In this document: piece after piece, positions 35,294 to 44,294 of the stretch
Layout of the letters: every line of letters begins with the position of its first letter
How positions within the stretch are numbered: the stretch's first letter is position 1
Assembly (NCBI GenBank): GCA_037200965.1
Contig: JBBCGK010000001.1
Span: 768,001-832,000 of the forward strand
Direction of reading: 5' to 3'
Length of the DNA: 64,000 nt
From: a bacterium
GTDB taxonomy: Bacteria > Patescibacteriota > Minisyncoccia > Phycocordibacterales > Phycocordibacteraceae
Translations under genes and position numbers: made by a program
Notes under the pieces: model-generated
What the model was told of the DNA's origin: nothing
The model's input: only the letters and a program-made list of their open reading frames with translations
Database searches by the model: none

Positions 35294-37924
35294 ATGAAGT
35301 TCAAGTTTGACGCAAACCAAGATTTTCAAATAAACGCAGTCAACGCCATCGTTGGCGTCTTTGAAGGTCAGCCGAAGCGTCAAAGTGTGGTAGTAAATGT
35401 GCCCGCACTTTCCGTTTCCGGCTCATTGCCGCTCCAAACTACATACGGCATCTATCCGAACGAGCTGACGCTTTCCGACGAGGAGGTGTTTGCCAACGTC
35501 TGGAAGATTCAAGAGCAAAACAAAATCGGCAATGGCGGCACGGTTGAGGAGTACGACTTTTCTATCGAGATGGAGACGGGTACGGGTAAGACGTATGTGT
35601 ACCTTCGTACCGTCTTTGAACTCAACAAGCAATACGGATGGAAGAAGTTTATCGTTCTCGTGCCGTCCGTCGCCATCCGCGAGGGCGTCATCAAGACGCT
35701 CCAAATCACCAAAGACCACTTCGCCGAGCTGTACGACAACGTGCCGTACCGCTTCTACGAGTACCAGTCCAAGAACATCTCGCAGGTGAAGCGCTTTGCG
35801 GAATCCAGCAACCTGGAGATTATGGTGATGACGGTAGGTGCGTTCAACAAGGACGCGAACGTGCTCTATGCCGCCCGCGACCAGATGCAGGGCGAGCAGC
35901 CTATCAGCTACATCCAGCGCAGCAACCCCGTCCTCATCCTCGACGAGCCGCAGAATATGGAAGGTGAAGCGACGAAGGAGGCGCTCAAGAACTTCAACGC
36001 GCTTGCACGCCTGCGATACTCCGCGACGCATCGCAATCCGTACAACCTCATGTACCAGCTCACGCCGTTCGATGCGTATCAGCTCGGCCTCGTAAAGAAG
36101 ATTGAGGTGTATTCCGTTACGGATGACGACACCGGCATCTCGCGCCCGTCGCTCAACCTCATCTCCGTTGAATCCGGCAAGGCGCTCAAGGCAAAGTTAG
36201 AGGCCATCGTGAAAGATGCCGACGGCGCATTGAAGCGCAAGAAGCTCACCGTCAAACAGAACGACGACCTCGCGCAGAAGACCGGCAACGACGTATACGC
36301 CGGCTATATCGTGGACGAGCTTGACGCCGATGCGCCAGACCTCGGGCAGATTGGTAGGATTCGCTTTCGCAACAACGTGGAGATTCGCCAGGGTGAAGGC
36401 GTAGCAAACAACAACGAGCAAGTGATGCGCGAGCAGATTGAGCAGACCATCCGCCGCCACTTCGAGAAACGCAACCAGCTCCGCGATATGGGCATCAAGG
36501 TGCTCTCCCTCTTTTTCATAGACAAGGTAGACAACTACGTTCAATCAGACGGGTTTATCCGCTCTGCGTTCATAGCCGAGTTCAATCGCCTCAAGAAAGA
36601 CTATGGCGCTGACGGCATGGACGTGGATACCGTCCACAAGGGATATTTCGCCAAGCGCGGCGAGGAGTATTTGGAGCGAGAGTCCAGCATCGCCGAGAAC
36701 CAGGAAGCATACGAGCTGATTATGAAGGACAAGGAGCGCCTGCTTTCCTTCGATGAGCCGACGGAGTTCATCTTCTCGCACTCCGCACTCAAGGAAGGAT
36801 GGGACAACCCAAACATTTTCAATATCTGCACCCTGCGCGAGACCGTTTCAGTCATCCGCAAGCGCCAGGAGATTGGCCGAGGTATGCGCCTCTGCGTCAA
36901 TCAGGACGGAGAGCGTATTTTCTTGCGCAGCGTCAACCTGCTCTCCGTGATTGCAAACGAGAGCTATACGGAATACGTCTCATCGCTCCAGGGCGAATAC
37001 GAGGAGGACGGTATCTACAAGTCTGCGCCGTTGCCGAACAATGCCAAGCGAAAGACCACGGTGAAGCTCAAGAAAGATTTTGATAAGGACACGGACTTTG
37101 CTGGTATCTGGGAACGCATCTCGAAGAAGACCCGCTATGTCGTGCAGGTTGATAGCGAGCGCGTCATCGAAGCGTCCGCAAAGCAGATTGCGAAGCTCCA
37201 TCTCGCAAAGCCCAAGATGCGCGTCGAGCGCGCGGGCGTGAACATCGCGGCCGAAGGCATCACCGCAAACATCGTAGGCACCCGTGCCGAGGATTTGAGC
37301 CAGACCAAACGCACCATTGACCCTATCGAACTCATCAAAAACGAGACCAAGCTGACGCGCCACACGGTCGCGGAGATTTTGGCGAAAGCGGACAATACCG
37401 ACTCCTTCCTCAAGAATCCCGAACGCTTCTGCTTCGAGGCAACGCGCATCATCAAGGCCGAGCTGGTGAAGGATTACGTTTCCCAGATTCGCTATGAGGT
37501 ACTGCCGGAGCAGTATGACCTCAAGCAGTTCGAGGACATCCCGAGCTACAAGGACGCGACGCACAAGGTGAACAACTCCATCTACGACGCCATCGTGTAT
37601 GACTCCGACGTGGAGAAGAACTTTGCCGTCGCCCTCGATGCCGACGAGCGCGTGAAGCTCTTTATCAAGATGCCCAACTGGTTCAAGGTGAACACGCCTA
37701 TCGGCGGCTACAACCCCGACTGGGCAATCGTTACGGCCAAGCGAGACCTCCAGGGCAATGAGGAGAAGGAGCGCGTGTATTTCGTGATTGAGACGAAGGG
37801 CGACATCTCCAACATGCGCGAGAGCGAAGGACAAAAGATTGCTTCCGCCAAAAAGCACTTTGAAGTCATCGAGGTGAACTACAAGGAGGTCGAGAATTAT
37901 GGACAGTTTGCTGAACAACTATGA
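35294..37924 (+). CDS. res: Type III restriction enzyme Res subunit (SF2 helicase + endonuclease).
   Basis: Helicase motif I METGTGKTYV and motif II ILDEPQN, further SF2 motifs, and a C-terminal nuclease region. About 876 aa. Confidence 0.85.
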   Translation: MKFKFDANQDFQINAVNAIVGVFEGQPKRQSVVVNVPALSVSGSLPLQTTYGIYPNELTLSDEEVFANVWKIQEQNKIGNGGTVEEYDFSIEMETGTGKTYVYLRTVFELNKQYGWKKFIVLVPSVAIREGVIKTLQITKDHFAELYDNVPYRFYEYQSKNISQVKRFAESSNLEIMVMTVGAFNKDANVLYAARDQMQGEQPISYIQRSNPVLILDEPQNMEGEATKEALKNFNALARLRYSATHRNPYNLMYQLTPFDAYQLGLVKKIEVYSVTDDDTGISRPSLNLISVESGKALKAKLEAIVKDADGALKRKKLTVKQNDDLAQKTGNDVYAGYIVDELDADAPDLGQIGRIRFRNNVEIRQGEGVANNNEQVMREQIEQTIRRHFEKRNQLRDMGIKVLSLFFIDKVDNYVQSDGFIRSAFIAEFNRLKKDYGADGMDVDTVHKGYFAKRGEEYLERESSIAENQEAYELIMKDKERLLSFDEPTEFIFSHSALKEGWDNPNIFNICTLRETVSVIRKRQEIGRGMRLCVNQDGERIFLRSVNLLSVIANESYTEYVSSLQGEYEEDGIYKSAPLPNNAKRKTTVKLKKDFDKDTDFAGIWERISKKTRYVVQVDSERVIEASAKQIAKLHLAKPKMRVERAGVNIAAEGITANIVGTRAEDLSQTKRTIDPIELIKNETKLTRHTVAEILAKADNTDSFLKNPERFCFEATRIIKAELVKDYVSQIRYEVLPEQYDLKQFEDIPSYKDATHKVNNSIYDAIVYDSDVEKNFAVALDADERVKLFIKMPNWFKVNTPIGGYNPDWAIVTAKRDLQGNEEKERVYFVIETKGDISNMRESEGQKIASAKKHFEVIEVNYKEVENYGQFAEQL

Positions 37925-38169
37925 ACTTCTATGGAGTCTTTATCGGGATAGACAGATACGCCTCTCCAAGTATCAACATGTTCGTGGACGAAGTGGCGGC
38001 AAACCGGAAGCTCGACACCGACAAGGTTGCGGCGCTCGCTGATGGCCGCACCTACGTTGGCACGGATGCCGTGAGCAACGGGCTGATTGACGGCATCGGC
38101 AGCATCCCCGAAGCGTCCGACTATCTCACTCAACAGATTGGTGAGCAGGCGTCTGTGTGTTGGTACTAA
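37921..38169 (+). pseudogene. Possible 3' remnant of a signal peptide peptidase A (S49, sppA) gene.
   Basis: ADGRTYVGTDAVSNGLIDGIGSIPEASDYL resembles the SppA C-terminal G-R-V-W-T-G..A...GL-V-D..G motif. Only 82 codons, beginning exactly at the res stop. Confidence 0.3.
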
Positions 38170-38174
38170 AAATT

Positions 38175-38699
38175 ATGAACCTCTACGTCATCGCAGCAAT
38201 CATCATCGCCCTCGTCATCGTACTCGCTATACTCAAGGCGGTTGTTGAAGGCAGTGGTGGAGACAAGGAAAAGTCGAAGTACCGCTACACTCGCAAACAG
38301 TTTTTCCTTACCCGCGCCGAGCACGAGTGCTATGACGCCCTCGTTGCAGCGGTTGGCGATAAGTATTACGTCTTCGCGCAGGTACACCTTCCGACCATTC
38401 TCGATAACAAGGTGAAGGGGCAAGATTGGCGTGCCGCGCTTGCGCACGTCAGCCGCAAGTCCGTTGACTTCGTGCTCTGCGACAAGGCATACATTTCGCC
38501 GAAGCTCGCCATTGAGCTGGACGACAAGAGCCACGAGCGACCCGACCGGCAAGAACGGGACCGAGAAGTTGAGCGTATCTTGAGTGATGCAGGACTACCG
38601 CTTCTTCGACTGGAGAATCGCGGGGCGTTCAATACTGCGGAGCTGCTACAGAGGATTGATGATGCAGTGAAAGGTTTTGGTGAAAAAACCTCCTCCTAG
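38175..38699 (+). CDS. DUF2726-like (restriction-endonuclease-fold / NERD-like) protein with N-terminal TM.
   Basis: LTRAEHECYDAL ... YYVFAQVHL ... VDFVLCDK ... AIELDDKSH ... E..RD pattern, recalled from DUF2726 proteins found in defence islands. Confidence 0.55.
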   Translation: MNLYVIAAIIIALVIVLAILKAVVEGSGGDKEKSKYRYTRKQFFLTRAEHECYDALVAAVGDKYYVFAQVHLPTILDNKVKGQDWRAALAHVSRKSVDFVLCDKAYISPKLAIELDDKSHERPDRQERDREVERILSDAGLPLLRLENRGAFNTAELLQRIDDAVKGFGEKTSS

Positions 38700-39100
38700 A
38701 GAGGGCATCCCCCGCCGAAAGGTCGGAAGCAAAAAGGAAACTACCACCACCCAGATTCCATATTTTCGTAGAAAACATTGAAGATGCACGGGGTATACCC
38801 CTCTGATGTACCTCTGCGTGTCTTCTGCTACAGAATAAGCACTAGAAAGCACACAGTGCCGGATAAAGGGAACACTGGTAAAGCAAGGCCAGGCGCGCGA
38901 CAGTGCTCCTGGCCTTGTGCGGCAGTGGGGTGGCTATGCGGCTACTACCGAGAGTAATTGCTGCATCTGCTGGAGAGAAACGGTAGGATATGGGAACATC
39001 CAGCCAGTTGATAGTTCGTAGTTCCTCCCTCCAAGCCAGCCAACTTGAGGCAGGTTCGGTAGTCCGAGGTGCATCAAAATCGTCTGTTACAATTTTCGTA

Positions 39101-39634
39101 ATGAAAACCATCCTTGTCATTCGACATTCTCATTGGGATGGGCAAACAGATACTCTCAGCCTGGAAGGTATAGCTGATTGCGAAGCAAAGAAGACCACTC
39201 TTGGATCTTTTACTACAGTTATTGCCTCTCCCTTCAATCGCACGGTAGAAGCGGCTCGGCTCCTAAGTGGTAATGATCCAGTTGTCGATGACCGAGCATC
39301 TATGCTCGCCTTAACACCGGAAGAGGCTGCCTGGCTGAAGGAGGCTCGCAAGAACTCTCCGCTCGGAGTGGCGGGGGTTATTTTCGGTCGACCAGATTTT
39401 CTAGAACCAGTAAAAGTCGCTGGAGAAAAGTGTCTTTCGCTTATAGAAGAGACGCTCGAAAAGTTACCTCTTGATGGGAGAGCACTTATTGTCTCGCATG
39501 ACGGGACTATGGTTGCAGTCGAGAAGTTACTCAAAAATGAACCGTTTTCTGGTCCGTTAGACCATACCTACGGAAACCTTGAAGGATTTGAGGTTGATGC
39601 TAACCTTAAATTCACTAAGCTCGCCTTCACATGA
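39101..39634 (+). CDS. Histidine phosphatase superfamily (phosphoglycerate-mutase-like) protein.
   Basis: ILVIRHSHWDG aligns with the RHG catalytic motif; about 178 aa. Confidence 0.5.
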   Translation: MKTILVIRHSHWDGQTDTLSLEGIADCEAKKTTLGSFTTVIASPFNRTVEAARLLSGNDPVVDDRASMLALTPEEAAWLKEARKNSPLGVAGVIFGRPDFLEPVKVAGEKCLSLIEETLEKLPLDGRALIVSHDGTMVAVEKLLKNEPFSGPLDHTYGNLEGFEVDANLKFTKLAFT

Positions 39635-40608
39635 TCGTCCCTGCAAAAGAACTCCTAGATTTTGCCTACAAGAAATTCTCTGTGGGTGCCTATAACATCC
39701 ACAACCTCGAGCAGTTGATGGGACTCCTCTATGGAAGCCAAAAATCAAACGCGCCCTTTATCGTTCAGGCGTACCCGAGCACCCTCAACTACACGGACGC
39801 TAGCATGCTCGAAGCCCTTTTCCATGAGGCAGACAAGCTTTTTCCTGACCTGATTTTTGCCGTCAGTATTGATCATGGCGATGAAGCTACATGTATGAGA
39901 GCTATTGATTCGGGAGCGTACTCACACGTGATGATAGACGCTTCAATGGAAACCTTTGAGAAGAATATCGAGATTACGAAACGTGTCGTCGATCATGCGC
40001 ATTCTCGCGGCGTATCCGTGGAAGGTATGGTAGGAAAACTCGGTGGTCTGGAAAAGCACATGAAAGTTCTCGACGTATCCGAAGTGCAATTGACCACCGT
40101 TGAACAGGCACGAGAGTTTGCGGAGAGAACTGGCTGCGACAGTCTTGCTGTGTCTATCGGTACACTACATGGTGCTAACAAGGCTCCAGACGGCATACCT
40201 CGAAAGGTAGACCTCGATCGTCTCAAGGAAATAGGTGAAGCGCTCGAAGGTACTCCACTTGTTATGCACGGTTCGTCCTGCCTGCCACAGGAGGAAGTAA
40301 GACGGGTAGACGCCGCAGGAGGAAAGCTTGAACGCGTCGGAGGAATGGATGAAACACAGCAAAGTGAGGTACATAAACTTGGAGTTGCTCAGATAAATGT
40401 AAACAGCGATGGCCTTCTTATCTGGACGCGCTCGATCAGAGAATATCTGAGGGACTATCCAGGCGTGATTGATTTACGTGAGTCGGGCAAGGCTTTTATG
40501 CAGGAGTATGCGAGTTTCATAGCTCACAAGAATGATGTGTTCGGCTCATCCGGCAAACTTGATGCGTTGACAGAACACTACGAAACCCCATGGACATTAA
40601 TGAACTAG
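39631..40608 (+). CDS. fba: Class II fructose-bisphosphate aldolase family protein.
   Basis: VSIDHGDE (zinc-binding His), HGSS, and a GTLHG motif. About 325 aa. Confidence 0.85.
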   Translation: MIVPAKELLDFAYKKFSVGAYNIHNLEQLMGLLYGSQKSNAPFIVQAYPSTLNYTDASMLEALFHEADKLFPDLIFAVSIDHGDEATCMRAIDSGAYSHVMIDASMETFEKNIEITKRVVDHAHSRGVSVEGMVGKLGGLEKHMKVLDVSEVQLTTVEQAREFAERTGCDSLAVSIGTLHGANKAPDGIPRKVDLDRLKEIGEALEGTPLVMHGSSCLPQEEVRRVDAAGGKLERVGGMDETQQSEVHKLGVAQINVNSDGLLIWTRSIREYLRDYPGVIDLRESGKAFMQEYASFIAHKNDVFGSSGKLDALTEHYETPWTLMN

Positions 40609-41348
40609 AAAAAATCGATACGACCGTTATCAGCGACCTAATCGTCTCGCGTCTTCCATTGCCACTGCAAACATCACAAAAAGAGAATTTACTCTCGCCC
40701 AAGCCTCAAGCGTTACAAGACGTCATTGCTGATATCGAAAAGATAGAACATGAATGGAAGCTTGATACTGCTGACGAAGGTCACACTTACGGACGTAAGC
40801 ATGCTGGTGAGACTATTCAACTTTGGTCTGTGCCGCCTAAGAGTGCGCAAGTACTGGAGAATCTCGTTGTACTTACGGGCGCTAAGACCATTCTTGAAAT
40901 AGGAACCTCAGCAGGATACGCTGCGCTTTTCTTAGCTCATGGTGCCAAAGCAAATGGCGGACATGTTTATACGATCGAGCTTCTTAAGGAGAAAGCTGAC
41001 CTTGCTCGGGGTAATTTTGATAAGTCTGGCCTTGATAACATCACGCTTATAGAAGATGAGGCGTCAAAAGTCTTGAGCGCTTGGGATAATGGGAAAATAG
41101 ACTTTGTTTTTCTCGATGCCGATAAGGAAAACTACGGAAAATATTTTGACCAACTTGTACCACTTATGAATATTAGTGGTCTTATCGTAGCTGATAACGT
41201 GAATGACTACGGTCACATGATGGAAGATTATTTGCAGAAGGTAAGTGGTACGCATCTTCCAAAGACGAGAACTGATCACAGGGTTAAGAGCTATTACCTA
41301 GCAATGCTTGAAAATGGGTTGATGGTTACTCAGAAGATATCTGAATAG
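40590..41348 (+). CDS. Class I SAM-dependent O-methyltransferase (catechol-OMT-like, family 3).
   Basis: ILEIGTSAGYAALFLA, DFVFLDADKENY and the LIVADNV motif. Confidence 0.8.
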   Translation: MDINELEKIDTTVISDLIVSRLPLPLQTSQKENLLSPKPQALQDVIADIEKIEHEWKLDTADEGHTYGRKHAGETIQLWSVPPKSAQVLENLVVLTGAKTILEIGTSAGYAALFLAHGAKANGGHVYTIELLKEKADLARGNFDKSGLDNITLIEDEASKVLSAWDNGKIDFVFLDADKENYGKYFDQLVPLMNISGLIVADNVNDYGHMMEDYLQKVSGTHLPKTRTDHRVKSYYLAMLENGLMVTQKISE

Positions 41349-41526
41349 TTTTATTATTGAGAATTATTTTACTTTTCAAGCATCCTGAGAAATTAGGTCC
41401 AGAAGTACATATTTGGACTTCTCAAAAGGTAGTTTGGGCTCATATCTGCGACAGCCGACCTCAGCGAGAGCAGGACTAGCGTTCCAACACCGTCCCAGAC
41501 TCCCGCTCGATAAGCTTACTTTCTTC

Positions 41527-42126
41527 ATGGAGAAAATAGAGCAGCTGCGGGATGAGGTGCACAATCTATATGCCCAAAAACTTCCTGGCCGTGCTGACTG
41601 GGCTGACTGGATCTATGATAAGCATGTCGTTCTTGTTGGCAATGAAGCAAGGAAGATAGCCGAAATGTACGGAGGAAGTCCGGAGCTTGCAGAGGCTGCT
41701 GGACTTTTGCACGATGTGGCCGACGCAGTAATGAAGCGGCAGGATCCGAATCATGAAAAGGAAAGCCTGCGTATTGCACGGGAGATGCTGCAGAAGACCG
41801 GATTTGGCGACAAGGAGATAGCCATAGTGGTAGACGATGCGATCGCGAAGCATAGTTGCCATGGAGAGACTCGGCCCGTCTCTGCAGAGGGGAAGGCAAT
41901 GGCAGCGGGAGACGGTGTCGTTCATCTCACAAGTGATTTTTATAAGATTGCCGAGGCGGGGAAACTTGGTCATAAATCACCACGAGAGGTTGCAGAGTGG
42001 GCCCTGCCAAAACTAGAACGCGATTTCACCAATAAGATTGCCTATGATGATTTAAGGGAGGAGATACGGCCAGATTACGAACAACTTAGGAAACACTTTC
42101 AGGATCTAGCCTCGGCCGGGGTGTAG
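41527..42126 (+). CDS. HD domain phosphohydrolase.
   Basis: H...LLHDVAD motif. Start at MEKIEQL (ATG 41527). Confidence 0.7.
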   Translation: MEKIEQLRDEVHNLYAQKLPGRADWADWIYDKHVVLVGNEARKIAEMYGGSPELAEAAGLLHDVADAVMKRQDPNHEKESLRIAREMLQKTGFGDKEIAIVVDDAIAKHSCHGETRPVSAEGKAMAAGDGVVHLTSDFYKIAEAGKLGHKSPREVAEWALPKLERDFTNKIAYDDLREEIRPDYEQLRKHFQDLASAGV

Positions 42127-42179
42127 AGGTCCAACTTCGTACCGGACAGCCAGCCGACAGTTTCGCCCGCTTGCCATCC

Positions 42180-43300
42180 TGCACAAGTTCAGATACATAT
42201 GGCACTCCTCCTAACTGAGGAGCGATGCGTCAATTCAACATACTGAAGGATACCGAGGGCTGGTTGTATATGCGCGAGCGGAGCATACGCTTCCTGCATA
42301 TGAGGAACAACGACGAGGTGCGGCATCGGGTCAAGGTGCTGGACTTCTGGAAAACGCACGGGGAGCGTGCGGCCAGGGACGCCTTCAGCGTCTCTCGCCG
42401 CACGCTCTTCCGTTGGCAGGCGAAGCTCGACCGCGCGCACGGGAGACTCGACGCGCTCGATCCCAAGTCGACGGCACCGAAGAATCGGAGGAGACGCATC
42501 GTCCTCCCCGAGGTCGAGACGTTCATCCTGAAGGAGCGCGCGGAGCATCCGAGGCTCGGCAAGGCGAAGCTCGCAGCCCTGCTGCGGGAGGACGGGTACC
42601 GGGTATCCGAATCGTATGTCGGGAGGGTCGTCGCGGACCTCAAGAGGAGAGGGCTGCTGCTCCCGCACAAGCCGCTCTCATACTATGCGCGAAGCGGCAC
42701 GTATCGGGAGAAGCCCGTATCGAAGCGCACGAAGCTGCGCAGGCGGCACAAGCGGGGCATGGAGCTCGACACCGTCGTCCGCTTCATCGACGGCGTGAAG
42801 CGGTACGTCCTGACCGCCATCGATGTCGAGAAGAAGTTCGCCTTCGCCGGCGCGTATACCGTCCACTCCTCCGCGTCCGCCGCCGATTTCCTCGCGCGCG
42901 TCATCGCGGTGTGCCCCTTCGACATCACGGAGCTCCAGACCGACAACGGCCCGGAGTTCGCCAAGAACTTCGAGGCGGGGTGCCGCGCCCTCGGCCTCAC
43001 CCACTTCAATACGTTTCCCCGCAGCCCGAAGATGAACGCGTTCGTCGAGCGGTTCAACCGGACGATCTCGGAGGACTGCATCATGCTCAATCGGCCGCTC
43101 CTGCGGGACGACGTCGCGGCATTCAACCTGAAGCTGGTCGACTGGCTGCTCTGGTACAACGCCCGGCGTCCGCACGAGTCCCTGGGACAGGTGCCGCCGC
43201 TCCGGTATATACTCTCCTCATTAACGGCCGAGGAGTGCCAGAGGTACTGGACGCGTACACATCCTTGACAGAATTTAGACCAGGCTGCATTGTGGCGTCG
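42180..43300 (+). mobile_element. IS481-family insertion sequence (boundaries approximate; terminal inverted repeats not resolved).
   Basis: A single transposase ORF whose GC content differs from the left flank. I could not confidently pair terminal IRs by eye. Confidence 0.5.
42225..43268 (+). CDS. IS481-family DDE transposase (integrase core).
   Basis: N-terminal HTH, then an rve-type core with TDNGPEF and a downstream catalytic Glu (FNRTISED). High GC, unlike the lower-GC island to its left. Confidence 0.85.
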   Translation: MRQFNILKDTEGWLYMRERSIRFLHMRNNDEVRHRVKVLDFWKTHGERAARDAFSVSRRTLFRWQAKLDRAHGRLDALDPKSTAPKNRRRRIVLPEVETFILKERAEHPRLGKAKLAALLREDGYRVSESYVGRVVADLKRRGLLLPHKPLSYYARSGTYREKPVSKRTKLRRRHKRGMELDTVVRFIDGVKRYVLTAIDVEKKFAFAGAYTVHSSASAADFLARVIAVCPFDITELQTDNGPEFAKNFEAGCRALGLTHFNTFPRSPKMNAFVERFNRTISEDCIMLNRPLLRDDVAAFNLKLVDWLLWYNARRPHESLGQVPPLRYILSSLTAEECQRYWTRTHP

Positions 43301-43355
43301 GCAAGCCCTCTTGAGGCCTGTCCCTTGACAGTCGAAAAGAAAGGAGAAATCGAAT

Positions 43356-43616
43356 GTGAAGGACCCCCCTTGTTACAGGGGTATTGTCAGGAACATTCTT
43401 CCTGGCAACGACCCGTACGCCGTCGTTGAATGCGACGGCGTGCCTGACCTCGTTACCGTTTCTCTGGGCGCACAAAGAGGCGTTTGGGAAGACTCAAGCC
43501 TGCCAGTGGTAGGCTCTGCAGTGATCCTCAGCGACGTTCAGTGCGTTCATGGGAAGTGGCGGGCCTACAACGCCCGGTTGTTCAAACCATCAGATGGAAG
43601 AGGAGTCCATGGCTAA
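43356..43616 (+). CDS. Small hypothetical protein (GTG start with AAAGGAG RBS).
   Basis: AAAGGAGAAATCGAAT-GTG spacing is ideal. 86 aa, no known motif. Confidence 0.35.
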   Translation: MKDPPCYRGIVRNILPGNDPYAVVECDGVPDLVTVSLGAQRGVWEDSSLPVVGSAVILSDVQCVHGKWRAYNARLFKPSDGRGVHG

Positions 43617-44262
43617 CAAAGGAGTCATGGGGATTCTTGAAAGTATCGGGGCAGTCGAAGTCGTGAATGACGGAGACCCACCCCCACCACCTTCAAGTTT
43701 CCCACCCACCGCAGCGCCAACACCGGTCCTGCAGCCAAGTGTGGCTGTACCGGCTGCCGGCACGGCCGACCAGGGTATGGTCGGTAAAATCCGTGGGGCT
43801 GTCACCAGCCGCACGCATTCGCCTGGATTTGCGATTTTTCTGGCAAATTTCGAGAAGGCAAAACAAGCCTTCCCGAACGACCCTCGAAATGCCGCAGCCG
43901 CAGCGCTTGTCTTTTCTTCGCAGACCTCGCAAGAGATCGGCGCAGAACTGAGTCGCTCTGTGGCGGCATCTCTGGCCGAAGCCGGATCGCAGATCAATGT
44001 CGACATCGCGCAACAGCGCGAGAGGTTGGCAGGCCAGCTCGATGGCGAAGAAAGCAGTCTCGACGGTGAGATTCACCGATTCGAGGCGGATCTCGCCGCC
44101 ATCCAGAAAAAGCTCGACGATGCGAAAGGCGCGAAAGCGCAGATCGCGAGTCGTCGTGCTGATGGCAGGGCAGCCATCGACTCTCGTCTCGCAACGGCAC
44201 TCGCCAGTCTGGCAGTCGTTCGTGACGAGATCGCAACCATCAAATCAATATTGCCGTCGTAA
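43609..44262 (+). CDS. Hypothetical protein: Pro-rich N-terminus + coiled-coil.
   Basis: ATG at 43609 (MANKGVMGIL). The C-terminal half has heptad-like periodicity (LDGEIHRFEADLAAIQKKLDDAKGAKAQIASRRADGRAAIDSRLATALASL). Confidence 0.45.
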   Translation: MANKGVMGILESIGAVEVVNDGDPPPPPSSFPPTAAPTPVLQPSVAVPAAGTADQGMVGKIRGAVTSRTHSPGFAIFLANFEKAKQAFPNDPRNAAAAALVFSSQTSQEIGAELSRSVAASLAEAGSQINVDIAQQRERLAGQLDGEESSLDGEIHRFEADLAAIQKKLDDAKGAKAQIASRRADGRAAIDSRLATALASLAVVRDEIATIKSILPS

Positions 44263-44294
44263 CCCGGCGGCTAGGAGAAAAGGATCAAAGGAAA

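Noticed and set aside
35423-37918. Long antisense ORFs inside the Type III res gene (35423..36031 -, 36980..37918 -).
   Set aside because: They are antisense to a gene with clear SF2 helicase motifs and have no motifs of their own.
38700-38990. Intergenic region with a 10-bp stem hairpin (CAAGGCCAGG / CCTGGCCTTG) as a possible sRNA or terminator.
   Set aside because: No flanking U-tract or promoter-like elements are recognisable, so it was kept only as a note.
42130-43360. Terminal inverted repeats of the IS481 element.
   Set aside because: I could not find a convincing IR pair by eye. Candidate ends near 42183 (CTGCACAAG) and 43288 (CTGCATTGTG) share only a few nt, so the element boundaries are left approximate.
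42413-43429. 338-aa alternative-frame ORF overlapping the IS481 transposase.
   Set aside because: Its translation is Arg/Pro/Ala-rich and low-complexity, whereas the in-frame transposase reading has the DDE integrase motifs.
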